IMG/VR virus record: IMGVR_UViG_3300018429_000060
Location: 27,307 to 91,306 of that record
Direction: 5' to 3' (one strand)
Source of the DNA: a virus
DNA length: 64,000 nt
The number at the start of each line of letters is the position of its first letter. The first letter of the stretch is position 1. The translations under genes and the position numbers were made by a program. Shown here piece after piece: positions 19,701-29,612 of the stretch. A model generated the notes under the pieces. That model did not search any database. It was not told the origin of the DNA and worked only from the letters and a program-made list of their open reading frames with translations.

Positions 19701-20731
19701 CCGAACTGCCCGTGGCGTTGCTCAACATCCGCGACGGCTGCCGGGTGTCGTTCGGCGCCTACGACTTCAGTCCGCTGCGGCGGGTGTTCGCCGACGTGGC
19801 CACCCCACCGGCCATCCTGGCGGTCAACGAGGCCAAGGACTGGGGCCTGCACGGCAAACGCGGGTTGCGGCTGGCCGTCGCGGAGCTGCGCCGCATCTTC
19901 GACGTGCCCTATGTGGGGGAGGTGGGGGTCTCACCGCGCGGTCCGGCCGCCCCGGCGCTGGTCTACGACCCGTGCCAGGTGCACGTCGACTTCTGGGGCG
20001 ACCCGAGCCGCACCCTCGACCAGGACGGCTGCCCGCGGTGCGACCCGCCGCGGCCGGCGCTGGTCTATGACCCGCGGCGGGTGCACCTCGACGTCTGGGG
20101 CGAGCGGGGCCTGACCGTCGCCCACGACAAGCACAACCTGGCGCTGTGCCACACCGTCGACGGGCAGCCGTTCGCGGTCCTCGTCGACCACTGGAGCCCG
20201 TTCGACGGCAACGATCGGCTGGCGCGGGCCAAGATCATCACCACCTACGGCCTGTGGGACCAGCCGCTGCTGTTGGCCGGTGACCTGAACGGCACAGCGT
20301 CCGGGCCGCACTGGCCGACCCGCGACTGGCTGGCGTGTCCGTACCAGCTGCGCCACGCCAAGGGTGTGCAGGCCGCCGACAGCAGCTGGTCGGCCGACAC
20401 CAGGGCGGTGGATCAGCTCATCGGCCGGTGGAACCCCGGCATCCGGCGCCGCGACGAGGGCGCCGGGTTCCATGCGGTGCCGGAGCTCGCGCTGGCCCAG
20501 GGCATGGCGGACGCCGAGGCGATGTGCCCCACCAGCGACGTCGGCGAGTACCGGGGCGGCGAGCTGGTCATCGACCTGATGCTGCTGAACCAGGCGTGGG
20601 TCGACGGCGGCGGACTGGTGCCGGGCACCTTCCGGGTGCACCGGCCGCCGCCGGGGTGCGTGTTCCCGGACAGCTGGTTCTTCGACCACTGGCTGACCAC
20701 CGCCACGCTGTTGCTGCGCCGTCGCCGGTAG
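19697..20731 (+). CDS. Endonuclease/exonuclease/phosphatase family protein
   Basis: LLNI, AVNEA, VDHW, LAGDLN, IDLML, FDHW motifs. Confidence 0.8.
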   Translation: MTELPVALLNIRDGCRVSFGAYDFSPLRRVFADVATPPAILAVNEAKDWGLHGKRGLRLAVAELRRIFDVPYVGEVGVSPRGPAAPALVYDPCQVHVDFWGDPSRTLDQDGCPRCDPPRPALVYDPRRVHLDVWGERGLTVAHDKHNLALCHTVDGQPFAVLVDHWSPFDGNDRLARAKIITTYGLWDQPLLLAGDLNGTASGPHWPTRDWLACPYQLRHAKGVQAADSSWSADTRAVDQLIGRWNPGIRRRDEGAGFHAVPELALAQGMADAEAMCPTSDVGEYRGGELVIDLMLLNQAWVDGGGLVPGTFRVHRPPPGCVFPDSWFFDHWLTTATLLLRRRR

Positions 20732-20738
20732 GTAGGTC

Positions 20739-21347
20739 TCAGCCGCCGCGGCCGCGGCGGCCGAGGGCGGCCATGGCGGCCAGGAACGAGGACTCCTCCA
20801 GCTCGTCGGTCCACGTCGGTGGCACGGCGTCGCGGCGGTTGCCGCTGACCGTGAGGTGCGGCGCCGGCTGCCACAGCTCGGCGTCGAGGCGGGCGAAGTC
20901 GCCCTTCTCCACGCACATCGACCGCCGCCACGCGTACACCGCGGCGAGCAGCCGCCCGATCGGCAGCCCGAGCGGGTCCAGGCCCGACGTGGTGGCGCAC
21001 CAGCCGTCGAACACCATCCAGTTGCTGTAGGCGCCGCCGGCCAGCCGCGCCGCGGTGTGGAAGTCGACCCCGCAGGCATGGGTCAGGACCTGCTCGGCGA
21101 CCGCTTCGAGGTCGTCGAGGTCGAACGCGTCGTCCGGGTCACCCAGGCGCCGGGTCAGCCGGCGGGAGCCGTCGCCGGCGAGCAGCTGCGGCACGATCCG
21201 CAGCCACGACCACGGCCGCTCGTACACCAGCGCCTCCAGCCAGACCCGACTGTCCAGCAGCGGCAGCGTGAACTCGTCGTCGTCGAGCGTGAAACACAGC
21301 GGGAACGTCGCCGGTGGACCGTGGTGGGCCAGCGCCAGGTTAGGCAC
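20739..21347 (-). CDS. Probable tail assembly chaperone (second)
   Basis: RRLGDPDDAFDLDDL, W..FDGW..GLDPLGLPIGRLLAAVY; coupled to upstream chaperone-like gene. Confidence 0.6.
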   Translation of the reverse strand: MPNLALAHHGPPATFPLCFTLDDDEFTLPLLDSRVWLEALVYERPWSWLRIVPQLLAGDGSRRLTRRLGDPDDAFDLDDLEAVAEQVLTHACGVDFHTAARLAGGAYSNWMVFDGWCATTSGLDPLGLPIGRLLAAVYAWRRSMCVEKGDFARLDAELWQPAPHLTVSGNRRDAVPPTWTDELEESSFLAAMAALGRRGRGG

Positions 21348-22047
21348 GGCCGCCGGTGCGGGCCGCCGCGCGCCGCTCGGCCCGGTTGGCCGGCCCCGGC
21401 AGCCAGGTCTGGGCGAGCTGGGTGACGAACTCCGCGACGTGCTCCAGATCCAGCTCGTCGTGCTGGGACCGCATCCGGTGCGAGATGACCAGCGCGTCGG
21501 CCGGCTCCAACGCCGAGTCCAGGAACAGACCGATCGCGGCCGCCTGCTGGCCCAGGTTCGCGCCGACGGCGAGGCTGGCCGCGGCGAACAGCAACACGAT
21601 GTCCTTCGGTGGGTGCGCCACGAACCGCACCTCGAGGTCGTCGTGCACCACGGTGATCGACTCGCCGGCCGGCGGCCGCCCCTGGACGGGTTCGACGATC
21701 ACCGGCTCCGGCTGGCCGTCGTCGGGCCAGTTGGTCCACCGGTCGGCCAGGCCGCCGATCAGCAGCAGCGTCTCGTCCAGGGCGACCGGGTCGGCCCGGT
21801 CGATGATCCGCTCGAAGTAGCGGTGGCGCTGCACCGGATCCAGCACGCTGTTGACGAACTGCATGATCGCCTCGGCGCGGTCGGCGTCGCCGACCCCACC
21901 GGCCGCGACCACCTGCGCGAAGTACAGAGTGGCGTCCTTGGGCCGCTGCAGCGTCCACTCGTCGCCGCAGAACACCACCGGCACCGGATGGTGCACGCGG
22001 GTCCGCGCGGGCGTGGTGAAGGTCAGGGTGGTGGTGGCGTTGCTCAC
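21340..22047 (-). CDS. Probable tail assembly chaperone with two tandem domains
   Basis: GTG after GAAGGGG; two copies of (R/P)PKD..F..S.L.P..R..D...L; ends NRAERRAAAR. Confidence 0.6.
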   Translation of the reverse strand: MSNATTTLTFTTPARTRVHHPVPVVFCGDEWTLQRPKDATLYFAQVVAAGGVGDADRAEAIMQFVNSVLDPVQRHRYFERIIDRADPVALDETLLLIGGLADRWTNWPDDGQPEPVIVEPVQGRPPAGESITVVHDDLEVRFVAHPPKDIVLLFAAASLAVGANLGQQAAAIGLFLDSALEPADALVISHRMRSQHDELDLEHVAEFVTQLAQTWLPGPANRAERRAAARTGGRA

Positions 22048-22231
22048 CGGCGGGGCCCTTCTCGGGTGCCGCGCCACCACGATCACGGGGCAGGCGCAGG
22101 CGCGAACACGGGGGTTGCGCCGGCGGCCACTGCGCGCCAGTCCCGGACCTCGCCGAATGCTAGCCGCCAGCGGCCCGCCGCAGCGGGCCCCGACGCGGTG
22201 GCCACCTGCCCCAATACCCCACCGAGCGGTC

Positions 22232-22252
22232 AGTAATCATGATATGATTACT
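22232..22252 (+). promoter_or_regulatory. Class A motif (extended -10 TGATATGAT within palindrome AGTAATCAT-GAT-ATGATTACT)
   Basis: TGATATGATTAC occurs 8 times on the + strand; 19-bp boxes start at 22233, 27416, 52201, 54644, 55956, 58037, 62208, 63254, all intergenic. Confidence 0.8.
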
Positions 22253-22388
22253 AAGTAATACCGCTTTGTGTCAGAGAAAAAGACCAGCCCGCCTACCGCC
22301 GAGGCGGCCTGCGGGCTGATCACCAGTTGAGAAGTCTCCCCGCCCATCCCGGCCCGCAGGGCCAGTCCAAGTGAAAGGAACCTCTCGG

Positions 22389-22898
22389 ATGCGACTCTAC
22401 TCCCCGGCCCGCCTGGTCGTCGACGCCACCAGCTGCCCCGGCGGCGGCCACCCCGGCGCCCGCGACCCCGTCCAGTCCATCACCGGCGCCGGGCGACTGT
22501 TCGGCCGCTGCCGGCACTGCCGCGAGCTGCACCGCATCGTCTTCAAGGGCGGCGCCGCCGGACCGATCGTGCAGCACTTCGAGCCGTACCGGCTGATCCT
22601 GCACCCGGCCGACGGCGACCGGTCGGCGACCCTGGACCCGGTCCACCCGACCGGCCTGGACCCCCTCGGGGTCGGCCTGGTCGCCGCGATCGCCTGGCAC
22701 GACCCCGAGGCGGACCGCATCCGCGCCACCTGGCACGGCGGCCCGCGGCACCGGTCCACCACCCACGCCCTGGCGCCGCGGCTGCTCGATCAGGCGCGCC
22801 CGCACCTCACCTTCACCCAGCAGCACACCCGCGACGGCGACGTGGTCGAGCTGGTCCTGGCCGGCGCCGCCTGGGAGCTGCCGCAGTGGACGCCGTGA
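22389..22898 (+). CDS. Hypothetical protein (CxxC)
   Basis: GAAAGGA RBS; downstream of class A promoter. Confidence 0.65.
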   Translation: MRLYSPARLVVDATSCPGGGHPGARDPVQSITGAGRLFGRCRHCRELHRIVFKGGAAGPIVQHFEPYRLILHPADGDRSATLDPVHPTGLDPLGVGLVAAIAWHDPEADRIRATWHGGPRHRSTTHALAPRLLDQARPHLTFTQQHTRDGDVVELVLAGAAWELPQWTP

Positions 22899-23146
22899 CG
22901 CGCCGGCCCGCGCGGTGTCCTCGGCCATGACCGGCCCGGCACCGGCGGCCGCGTTCGTCATCGAGCCGTTGACCGCCGGTAGGCCGATCACCTGGATCAC
23001 CCCCGACCACCGCCGCGGCGCGGTGTACGTGCGGTGGATCAAGCCCGCCCGCAAGCCGCTGCGGACGGGCCCGCACCAGACCGACGACGACCTCACCCGA
23101 AGCCGCCACCGCACCCCACGCTGAGTGCGTTTCCGCAGGTCAACAC

Positions 23147-23175
23147 TTGTATTTGCGAGCGCAAACGCATAAGAT
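23147..23175 (+). promoter_or_regulatory. Sigma-70-type promoter TTGTAT-N17-TAAGAT in a hairpin
   Basis: 17-bp spacing; TGCGTTT (23126) pairs with AAACGCA (23163). Confidence 0.65.
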
Positions 23176-23261
23176 TGATCATGAAGAAATAGCACAGCCC
23201 CACCCGGCGCGCCTGGAAGCAAAACCGGATGGAGCTGCCCGAACACCCGAAGGAGTCCTGT

Positions 23262-24488
23262 ATGTCAGCCTACGCCGGCACGCCCCAGTTGACGCGCCCG
23301 CTGCAGCCCTACCCCCTGGTCACCGACACCCCCACCGGCGACGTGGAGCCCCCGTTCATCCTCGTCGAGGGCGCCGAGAAGTCGGGCAAGTCGTGGGAGG
23401 TCGCCAAGTTCACCGGCGACCCGCGCATCCTCTACACCTGGTGGATCGAGTGGGGCGAGAAGCCCTGCGCCAAGGAGTACGGCGCCATCCCCGGTGCCCG
23501 CTACGAGGTCGTGCGCCACGACGGCTCGTTCTGGTCGGTGCTGTCGCTGGTCGAGCAGATCACCGAGCTGGCCCGCGCCATGATCACCACCGAGGCCGCG
23601 CCGATGATCGTCATCGACACCATGTCCGGCGAGTGGCGCTCCCTGAAGGACCTCGCGCACCGGCGCACCATGGCCTCGCCCAGTGTGCTGCGCAAGATCG
23701 AGCGCAACCCGGCCGCCGTGGCTGATGCCCACACGATCCACAGCAACACGTGGAACGACGTCATCGACCTGCACTACGAGCTGGTCCGGTTGCTGCAGGG
23801 GTTCCCCGGCGTGGCCGTGATGATCTCCCGCGGTAAGGAGGTCACCGCGTTCGACGACGCCGGCCGCCCGGTCCCCGGCGAGAAGACCTACCGGGTCGAG
23901 GGCCAGAAGGATCTCGCCTTCGACGCGTCGGCCTGGGTGCGGATGTCGCGCGACGGCAACCACAGCGTCGTCGCCGCCCGCTCGGCGCGGGCGCCACGTC
24001 GTCCCAACGCCACCCAGCCCGGCGAGTACCGCGGCCTGGGGTGGCTGGTGTTCGACAAGCTGCAGTACCAGCCGCGGCCTTGGACGCCGCCGCCCGCTGC
24101 TCCCGTGCAGCCCACCGGCCCGGCCCGGCCCCCGGCGGCGTCGCCGCAGGAGCCGCGCACCGTCGGCGGTCGCCAGATGGTCGTGCACGACTGGGCCGCC
24201 GAGCTGGAGCGGGTCAACGGCACCGAGAACCTGCGCGAGCGCTACGACCGCCTCACCGAGCTGTGGTCGGCCGCCAGCCTGGCCAACGCCGGCCAGCCCA
24301 TCCGCGACGAGATCGCCGCCGCCGGCCGCGTCGCCGCGGCCGAGCTGGGCATTCCACCCAAGGAGCCCGGCGCCGCCGCACCGGCTGACACCCCGGACCC
24401 CACCCCGGACACCACCGAGGCCACCGCACCGGCCACCGCACCGGCCGCCGCGGCGACCACCGAGCCGCCGAGCGAGGTGTCGTCATGA
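23262..24488 (+). CDS. AAA_24/Sak4-like ATPase (phage recombination)
   Basis: GAEKSGKS Walker A, IVIDTMS Walker B, VEGQKDLAFD; AAGGAG RBS. Confidence 0.8.
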   Translation: MSAYAGTPQLTRPLQPYPLVTDTPTGDVEPPFILVEGAEKSGKSWEVAKFTGDPRILYTWWIEWGEKPCAKEYGAIPGARYEVVRHDGSFWSVLSLVEQITELARAMITTEAAPMIVIDTMSGEWRSLKDLAHRRTMASPSVLRKIERNPAAVADAHTIHSNTWNDVIDLHYELVRLLQGFPGVAVMISRGKEVTAFDDAGRPVPGEKTYRVEGQKDLAFDASAWVRMSRDGNHSVVAARSARAPRRPNATQPGEYRGLGWLVFDKLQYQPRPWTPPPAAPVQPTGPARPPAASPQEPRTVGGRQMVVHDWAAELERVNGTENLRERYDRLTELWSAASLANAGQPIRDEIAAAGRVAAAELGIPPKEPGAAAPADTPDPTPDTTEATAPATAPAAAATTEPPSEVSS

Positions 24489-25294
24489 CCGCCGCCACCA
24501 CCCGGCGGCCGCGTCGCAGCCGCTACAGCGAGGCCGAGCAGGCCGAACGGGCCGCCCACGACGCCCACGTCAGCGCCGTGGCCGACCAGGTGCTGACCGA
24601 CCCGGCGGCGGTGGCCCAGCTCATCCGCCAGCTCGGCGGCTCCTGCACCTCGCCGCGTGTGCTGCGCTACAGCCTGCGCAACCAGATCCTGGTGCACACC
24701 CAGGCCCGCGACCGCGGCATCGCGCTGGTCGACGTCGACTCGGTGCGCGGTTGGCGCCAACGCGGCCGCGGTGTGCGCCGCGGCGAGCGGGGCCTGCGCA
24801 TCGTCGCGCCCATGGGCACCGACGCCGCCGCCGACACCCCCGAGGGTGCCGAGGCCCAGCCCGCCGACCCCGTTGCCGAGAGCACCGGTCGGCCGCTATT
24901 CCGCATGGTCAGCGTGTTCGACATCTCCCAGACCGACGGCGCCGACAACGCCGCCGACAACGCCGCCGGCAACGCCGGCGGCCCCGAGGAGCTGACCGGG
25001 CACGCGGCCACCACCGCCGACGTCGGCGCGGCCGCGCAGCTGCCCGGCGACATCCACCACACCGCGCTGACCGAGGAGATCACCCGCCGCGAGTACCGCA
25101 TCGTCTGGTCCGTCCGCGACCCCGCCGACCCGGTCACCCCGCTCGACGTCCGGGTGGACCACACCGCGCGGATCGTCGACCTGCCGCACGAGCTGCTGCT
25201 CGGCCCCGACACCGACCGCGCCGCCGGGCTGAGCGTCGGCATGGCGCAGATCCTCACCCACCGCCCCACCGCCACCGGGGCAGGTGCGCGATGA
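24485..25294 (+). CDS. ArdC-like ssDNA-binding N-terminal domain protein
   Basis: YSLRNQILV..Q, W.QRGRGVRRGERGLRIVAP, VFDISQTDG; no HE metalloprotease motif. Confidence 0.85.
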   Translation: MTAATTRRPRRSRYSEAEQAERAAHDAHVSAVADQVLTDPAAVAQLIRQLGGSCTSPRVLRYSLRNQILVHTQARDRGIALVDVDSVRGWRQRGRGVRRGERGLRIVAPMGTDAAADTPEGAEAQPADPVAESTGRPLFRMVSVFDISQTDGADNAADNAAGNAGGPEELTGHAATTADVGAAAQLPGDIHHTALTEEITRREYRIVWSVRDPADPVTPLDVRVDHTARIVDLPHELLLGPDTDRAAGLSVGMAQILTHRPTATGAGAR

Positions 25295-26283
25295 CGATCA
25301 CCATCACCCACACCTACGCCGAGGGCACCCTGCTCGACGGCACCACCAAGCCCGACTTCGCCAAGGGCACCGGCCCGCGGCAGGTGCTCGACACCTACGC
25401 GTGGCGGTGGGGCCACAGCATCGGCTGCTGGTACCAGCGCAACAGCCGCGACCGGCCGGCGTACACGTACCGCATCGAGCGGACCGCCGAGCAGCTGCGC
25501 GAGCTGGGGTTCACCGTCGAGGTGAGCATCGACAACGAGCCGCGGCCGATGTCCGACCAGGAGGCGGCCCGCGCCGACCGCATGGACGGCCGCGCGGCGG
25601 CCCTGCACGACAAGGCCGACCGCCGGGCCAGCGCCGCCGCCGGGCGGCAGGCCGCGGCCGATCAGATCGCCAACAGCATCCCGTTCGGGCAGCCGATCCT
25701 CGTCGGACACCACTCCGAGCGGCGCCACCGCCGCGACCTGGACCGGATGCACACCAACCAGGGCAAGGCGCTGCAGCTCGGCCGCGAGGCCGACCAGGCC
25801 GCCGCCGGCGCGGCCTCGGCCGAACGGCACATGCAGCACCGCTACAACCCGGTCACCGTGGCCAACCGCATCCACGAGCTGCAGGCCGAGCTGCGGCGCT
25901 ACGAGCGGGAGATGGGACCGGAGGCCAGCGAGGCGACGGTGGCGCACTACGAGCCGCTGCGCGCCGACGCCGCTACCCGGCTGCAGCACTGGCAGCAGGT
26001 CCGCGCCGAGCAGATCGCCTCCGGTGAGGTCGTCGAGTACGGACCGGACAACGTCCACGTCGGCGACTGGGTCGGTGGCTGGGGTTCCGGCTGGTACGAG
26101 GTGGCCAAGGTCAACCGCGCCACCGTCACCTGCAACACCCAACGCTCGGCCATGCCGCCCTACCAGTGGCTGACCAACAAGGTGCCCTACCGCCGGATCA
26201 CCGGGCTGCGCACCGCGCAGGACATGGCCACCCGCCGCGCCGCCACGACCGACCCCGCCGAGGCGGGGGGTGAGCGGTCGTGA
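25291..26283 (+). CDS. DUF3560 domain protein
   Basis: IPFGQPILVGHHSERRHRR signature. Confidence 0.9.
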   Translation: MTITITHTYAEGTLLDGTTKPDFAKGTGPRQVLDTYAWRWGHSIGCWYQRNSRDRPAYTYRIERTAEQLRELGFTVEVSIDNEPRPMSDQEAARADRMDGRAAALHDKADRRASAAAGRQAAADQIANSIPFGQPILVGHHSERRHRRDLDRMHTNQGKALQLGREADQAAAGAASAERHMQHRYNPVTVANRIHELQAELRRYEREMGPEASEATVAHYEPLRADAATRLQHWQQVRAEQIASGEVVEYGPDNVHVGDWVGGWGSGWYEVAKVNRATVTCNTQRSAMPPYQWLTNKVPYRRITGLRTAQDMATRRAATTDPAEAGGERS

Positions 26284-26576
26284 GCTGGGACGACCTGTGG
26301 CCCGAGCGCGACGGCCTGGCCTGGGACGGGTCGTGGTCGCCCGGCCTGCTGCCCCGCGGTGAGTCGCCGCCGACGGTCGACCTGGTGTGGCACGAGCACC
26401 AGTGCCCGGACGGCACGCGGGTGGTGTGCGCGTCGCAGTGGATCGCGATGACCCAAACCACCCTCGACCGGTGGTACGTCGGCGAGTACCACATCGCGAC
26501 GTCCTCGCGGGTGCAGGAGAACACCGTGCCGCCCGACTTCGGCTGGGTCGACCAGCAGGCCAGCGTCGCCTCATGA
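26280..26576 (+). CDS. Hypothetical protein
   Basis: GTGA coupling; protein-like. Confidence 0.55.
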   Translation: MSWDDLWPERDGLAWDGSWSPGLLPRGESPPTVDLVWHEHQCPDGTRVVCASQWIAMTQTTLDRWYVGEYHIATSSRVQENTVPPDFGWVDQQASVAS

Positions 26577-26672
26577 GCGGTCAGGGGTGGCGCCGGCCGG
26601 GTCGCCGACGGCGGCGCCACCCCTTCACGATCCCCCGCCGGCGAGAGCCGCGAACCAGAGGAGGTTCCCGCA

Positions 26673-27350
26673 ATGACCACCGCCCCGGACACCTGTCAGG
26701 TCGGAGACCCTGACCCGACCCCGGACATCGCCCCACTGCACGGGATGTGCGGCGCCGAGGACCAGGACTGGACCTGCACCCGGTACGCCGGCCACGCCGG
26801 CAGCCAGCACGTCGCCGGCTGCCTCGGCGTGGTGCGCCACGTCTGGCCCTGGGCGCCCGGTTGGCACCGCGGCCGCGCCCGGATCAGCGCCCGCAGCGAC
26901 GGTGGCGTCACCGTCCTGTGCCCCCTCGGCCACCTCGTCACCGCCGCCGCCCCCGGCCACTGGGCCGGCAGCGACCTGGCCGCGCGCATTGGTTTCGGCT
27001 GGGACGTCGAGTGCACCGGAGCCACCAGCCCACCCCCAACCCCTGTGAGCATCACCCGAGAGGAGAACCCCATGTCCACCGGCATCAGGTGGTCCGACTT
27101 CAGCGACGCCCAGCGCGCCGAGCTGACCACCTACCTCGAGACCGACCCCCGCGGCAAGGCCGTCGCCGACTACGCCGGCGACGACCCCGAGTTCCGGCTG
27201 TGGCTGCTGCGCGTCGACGCGGCCTGCGGCAAGCGCCTTCAGCTGTCGATGTTCGACCTGGCCGACTTCTGCTGGCGCGACGAGTACGACGCCGACGCGG
27301 CGCCCCGTGAGGCGCTGTCCGCCGCGATCGCCGCGGAAGGACTCGGCTGA
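26673..27350 (+). CDS. Hypothetical protein (possible internal start at 27072)
   Basis: GAGGAGG RBS; second GAGGAG + ATG in frame at 27072. Confidence 0.55.
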   Translation: MTTAPDTCQVGDPDPTPDIAPLHGMCGAEDQDWTCTRYAGHAGSQHVAGCLGVVRHVWPWAPGWHRGRARISARSDGGVTVLCPLGHLVTAAAPGHWAGSDLAARIGFGWDVECTGATSPPPTPVSITREENPMSTGIRWSDFSDAQRAELTTYLETDPRGKAVADYAGDDPEFRLWLLRVDAACGKRLQLSMFDLADFCWRDEYDADAAPREALSAAIAAEGLG

Positions 27351-27473
27351 TGACCACCCACCTCCACGGGTTCGCGGACACCCGACCGAGGGTGACTTCA
27401 ACCCCAAACCGAGACGTGCGCATGATATGATTACCTCAATATACCTTTACGCTGTGCTCGGAAAGGACCTCCG

Positions 27474-27911
27474 TTGACCTTCGCCACCTGCACATACACC
27501 GAATACGATCCGGCCACCATGGGTGGCCTGCCTGTGAGGACCACGGTCGGCAACGTCCGATTCAAGCTGCGGTACCCGCTGGAGCACAAGATGCCGGCGA
27601 TCTACCCCGCCCGCACGATCCTGAAGCTCCCGCAGCCGGACTTCACCATCGCCTACCTGGCCGCGCTGACCACCTACGGCGTCGACGGCATCCGCCGCGA
27701 CGCCGCGGCCATCAGGGCCGCCGCCGGCGTCGACGAGTCCACCCGCCTGGTGGCCCTGTGCTTCGACAGGTTGGGTGTTCCGGGGAAGCCGGCGTGGTGT
27801 CACCGGACCCTGTTCGCCCGCTGGTGGACCGAGCAGACCGGTGAGGAGGTCCCCGAGTACGGCGCCGTGCTCACCCCCGAGATCCGCGCCGATCAGCACG
27901 ACCTGTTCTGA
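27474..27911 (+). CDS. DUF488-like protein
   Basis: VALCFD..WCHRTLFARW; GGAAAGGA RBS; class A promoter upstream. Confidence 0.65.
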   Translation: MTFATCTYTEYDPATMGGLPVRTTVGNVRFKLRYPLEHKMPAIYPARTILKLPQPDFTIAYLAALTTYGVDGIRRDAAAIRAAAGVDESTRLVALCFDRLGVPGKPAWCHRTLFARWWTEQTGEEVPEYGAVLTPEIRADQHDLF

Positions 27912-28001
27912 CCTCCGTCGGCCAGGCCGGCGGTTCGCCGCCGGCGCCGCCGACAAAGCGCGACCCATCACGGCCAATCAATGCCCCCAATTCTTTGGTG
28001 A

Positions 28002-28033
28002 AACTGGCATTCAGAAGTGCGGCGGATTAGGAT
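28002..28033 (+). promoter_or_regulatory. Class B promoter AAC-TGGC(A/T)(A/T)-N17-TA(G/A/T)GAT
   Basis: Same architecture with -35 at 28005, 28656, 31358, 32475, 49075 (all N17) and 56647 (N18). Confidence 0.8.
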
Positions 28034-28108
28034 ATTGGTATCACCATCCAGTATCAACCAAAACCAGTTGAGAACCCTATTCCACCCCGGCAATCCTCGA
28101 GAGAATGT

Positions 28109-28603
28109 GTGCCAATGCCTGCCACTGCACTACACGCCCGACTCGACGCGCTGTTGCGCACCGAATCGCAGATGAGCGCGAGACTCCACCAGATGGACGC
28201 CGGCGAGGACGCGGCCGCGCAGGCCAAGGCCGCCGCGCTGGCGGACCGCGCGGAGTTGCACGCCGAGATCGTCACCATCGTGCACCAGCTCGACGCGCTG
28301 CTGCGCACCGCCTGCGTGGCCCCGCCGGCGGCGTGGGTACCTCAGTTCCCGTCGCCGACGAGTGAGGTCGTCGTCCTGCACGTCCCGCTGGTCGGGTACG
28401 ACGCCAAGCTGTTCCTCGCCGGCGTGCGGGCCAGCCAGATCGACCTGACGGTCGTCGACCTGACGAGCCGCTGGACCCACGCCGAGTGGACCGAGCAGCG
28501 CGCCAGGGCTCTGGTCGACAGGTCACCAGCGGCGGCCGCGGCGATCGAGGATTGGTTCGCTCTGGCGGGCGGGCACCTGCACCCCGACCCCGCTGAATCC
28601 TGA
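28109..28603 (+). CDS. Hypothetical protein
   Basis: Protein-like, downstream of class B promoter. Confidence 0.6.
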   Translation: MPMPATALHARLDALLRTESQMSARLHQMDAGEDAAAQAKAAALADRAELHAEIVTIVHQLDALLRTACVAPPAAWVPQFPSPTSEVVVLHVPLVGYDAKLFLAGVRASQIDLTVVDLTSRWTHAEWTEQRARALVDRSPAAAAAIEDWFALAGGHLHPDPAES

Positions 28604-28741
28604 CCCAACGCAATTGCAATTGCCCTGAATAGGGCCGGATAAGCCACTCATTAACTGGCTAATCCGGCCCTATTCCATTAGGATTAGGACATAGCCCGAA
28701 TTGATCCCCCTATTCATTGTGCGCGAATTGAGGTATGCGTC

Positions 28742-29059
28742 ATGGACGTTCTGATCGGCCTGTTCTTCATCTTTGTGGTGCCGGCCATCACTTACTGGCG
28801 TGGGCGGCGCAGCGGCTACCGCCGCCACGCCGCGCAAACCGCCGCGGCGCCGGCCCCCGACGGCACGCTGTGGTGCCAGTGCGGCGGCACCCTCGCCCAC
28901 CACAGCCCGGCCACCGGCCGCTGTGCCCACGTCGTGTACGTCGCCGGGCCCGCCGGCCCCGAACAGCGGGCGTGCACCTGCCAGTGGTTCGTCGACCGCG
29001 CCGACCCGTACTCGCCGCCGCCGCCGGCCTACTCCCCGCCCTTCCCGCCCGCCGCCTGA
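28742..29059 (+). CDS. Small membrane protein with Cys/His cluster
   Basis: GAGG RBS; N-terminal TM; CQC..H..C..CTC. Confidence 0.65.
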   Translation: MDVLIGLFFIFVVPAITYWRGRRSGYRRHAAQTAAAPAPDGTLWCQCGGTLAHHSPATGRCAHVVYVAGPAGPEQRACTCQWFVDRADPYSPPPPAYSPPFPPAA

Positions 29060-29102
29060 CCCCCGAACGACCCCGACAGACCCGACGAGGAGACCCACCG
29101 CC

Positions 29103-29612
29103 ATGACCCGGATCTACGCCCGGCTGCGCATTCTCAGCGGCCCCGACCTCGACGGCGTGCTGGTCGGCCACAGCGGCCGCGCCGCGTTCGAGACCGTTGT
29201 CCGCGCCCGGCGCGGCCTCACCACGTCCATGATCACGCCGGTGCTCACGCGGTTCTCCCGCGTGTACGTGGCGCAGGTGGGCGGCAACAAGGCCGACAAC
29301 ACCGTCGACCTCGCCCTGGAGGCCGGCGGCTACCGCCGGCTCACCCTGCAGGACCTGACCCTCGGCTACCAGCCGCGGGTGCCCCTGTCGCGCCTGGACA
29401 AGACGCTCGCCGCGATCGCCGAGGACTACCCGGTCGGCAGCCCCACCCGGCAGCTCGCCGACGCGCTCGGCGAGGTGCTGGACCTGTGGGCGCTGCACCG
29501 CCGCGAGGGCACCGCCGCGGTTCCGCTGCAGCAGATCGACCAGGTCATCGGCGACCGGCTGCGGCCGCTGTTCCCCGCCTGGTCGCCCGACGACGAGCCG
29601 GGGGGACCGTGA
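29103..29612 (+). CDS. Hypothetical protein
   Basis: GAGGAG RBS, ATG 29103. Confidence 0.65.
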   Translation: MTRIYARLRILSGPDLDGVLVGHSGRAAFETVVRARRGLTTSMITPVLTRFSRVYVAQVGGNKADNTVDLALEAGGYRRLTLQDLTLGYQPRVPLSRLDKTLAAIAEDYPVGSPTRQLADALGEVLDLWALHRREGTAAVPLQQIDQVIGDRLRPLFPAWSPDDEPGGP

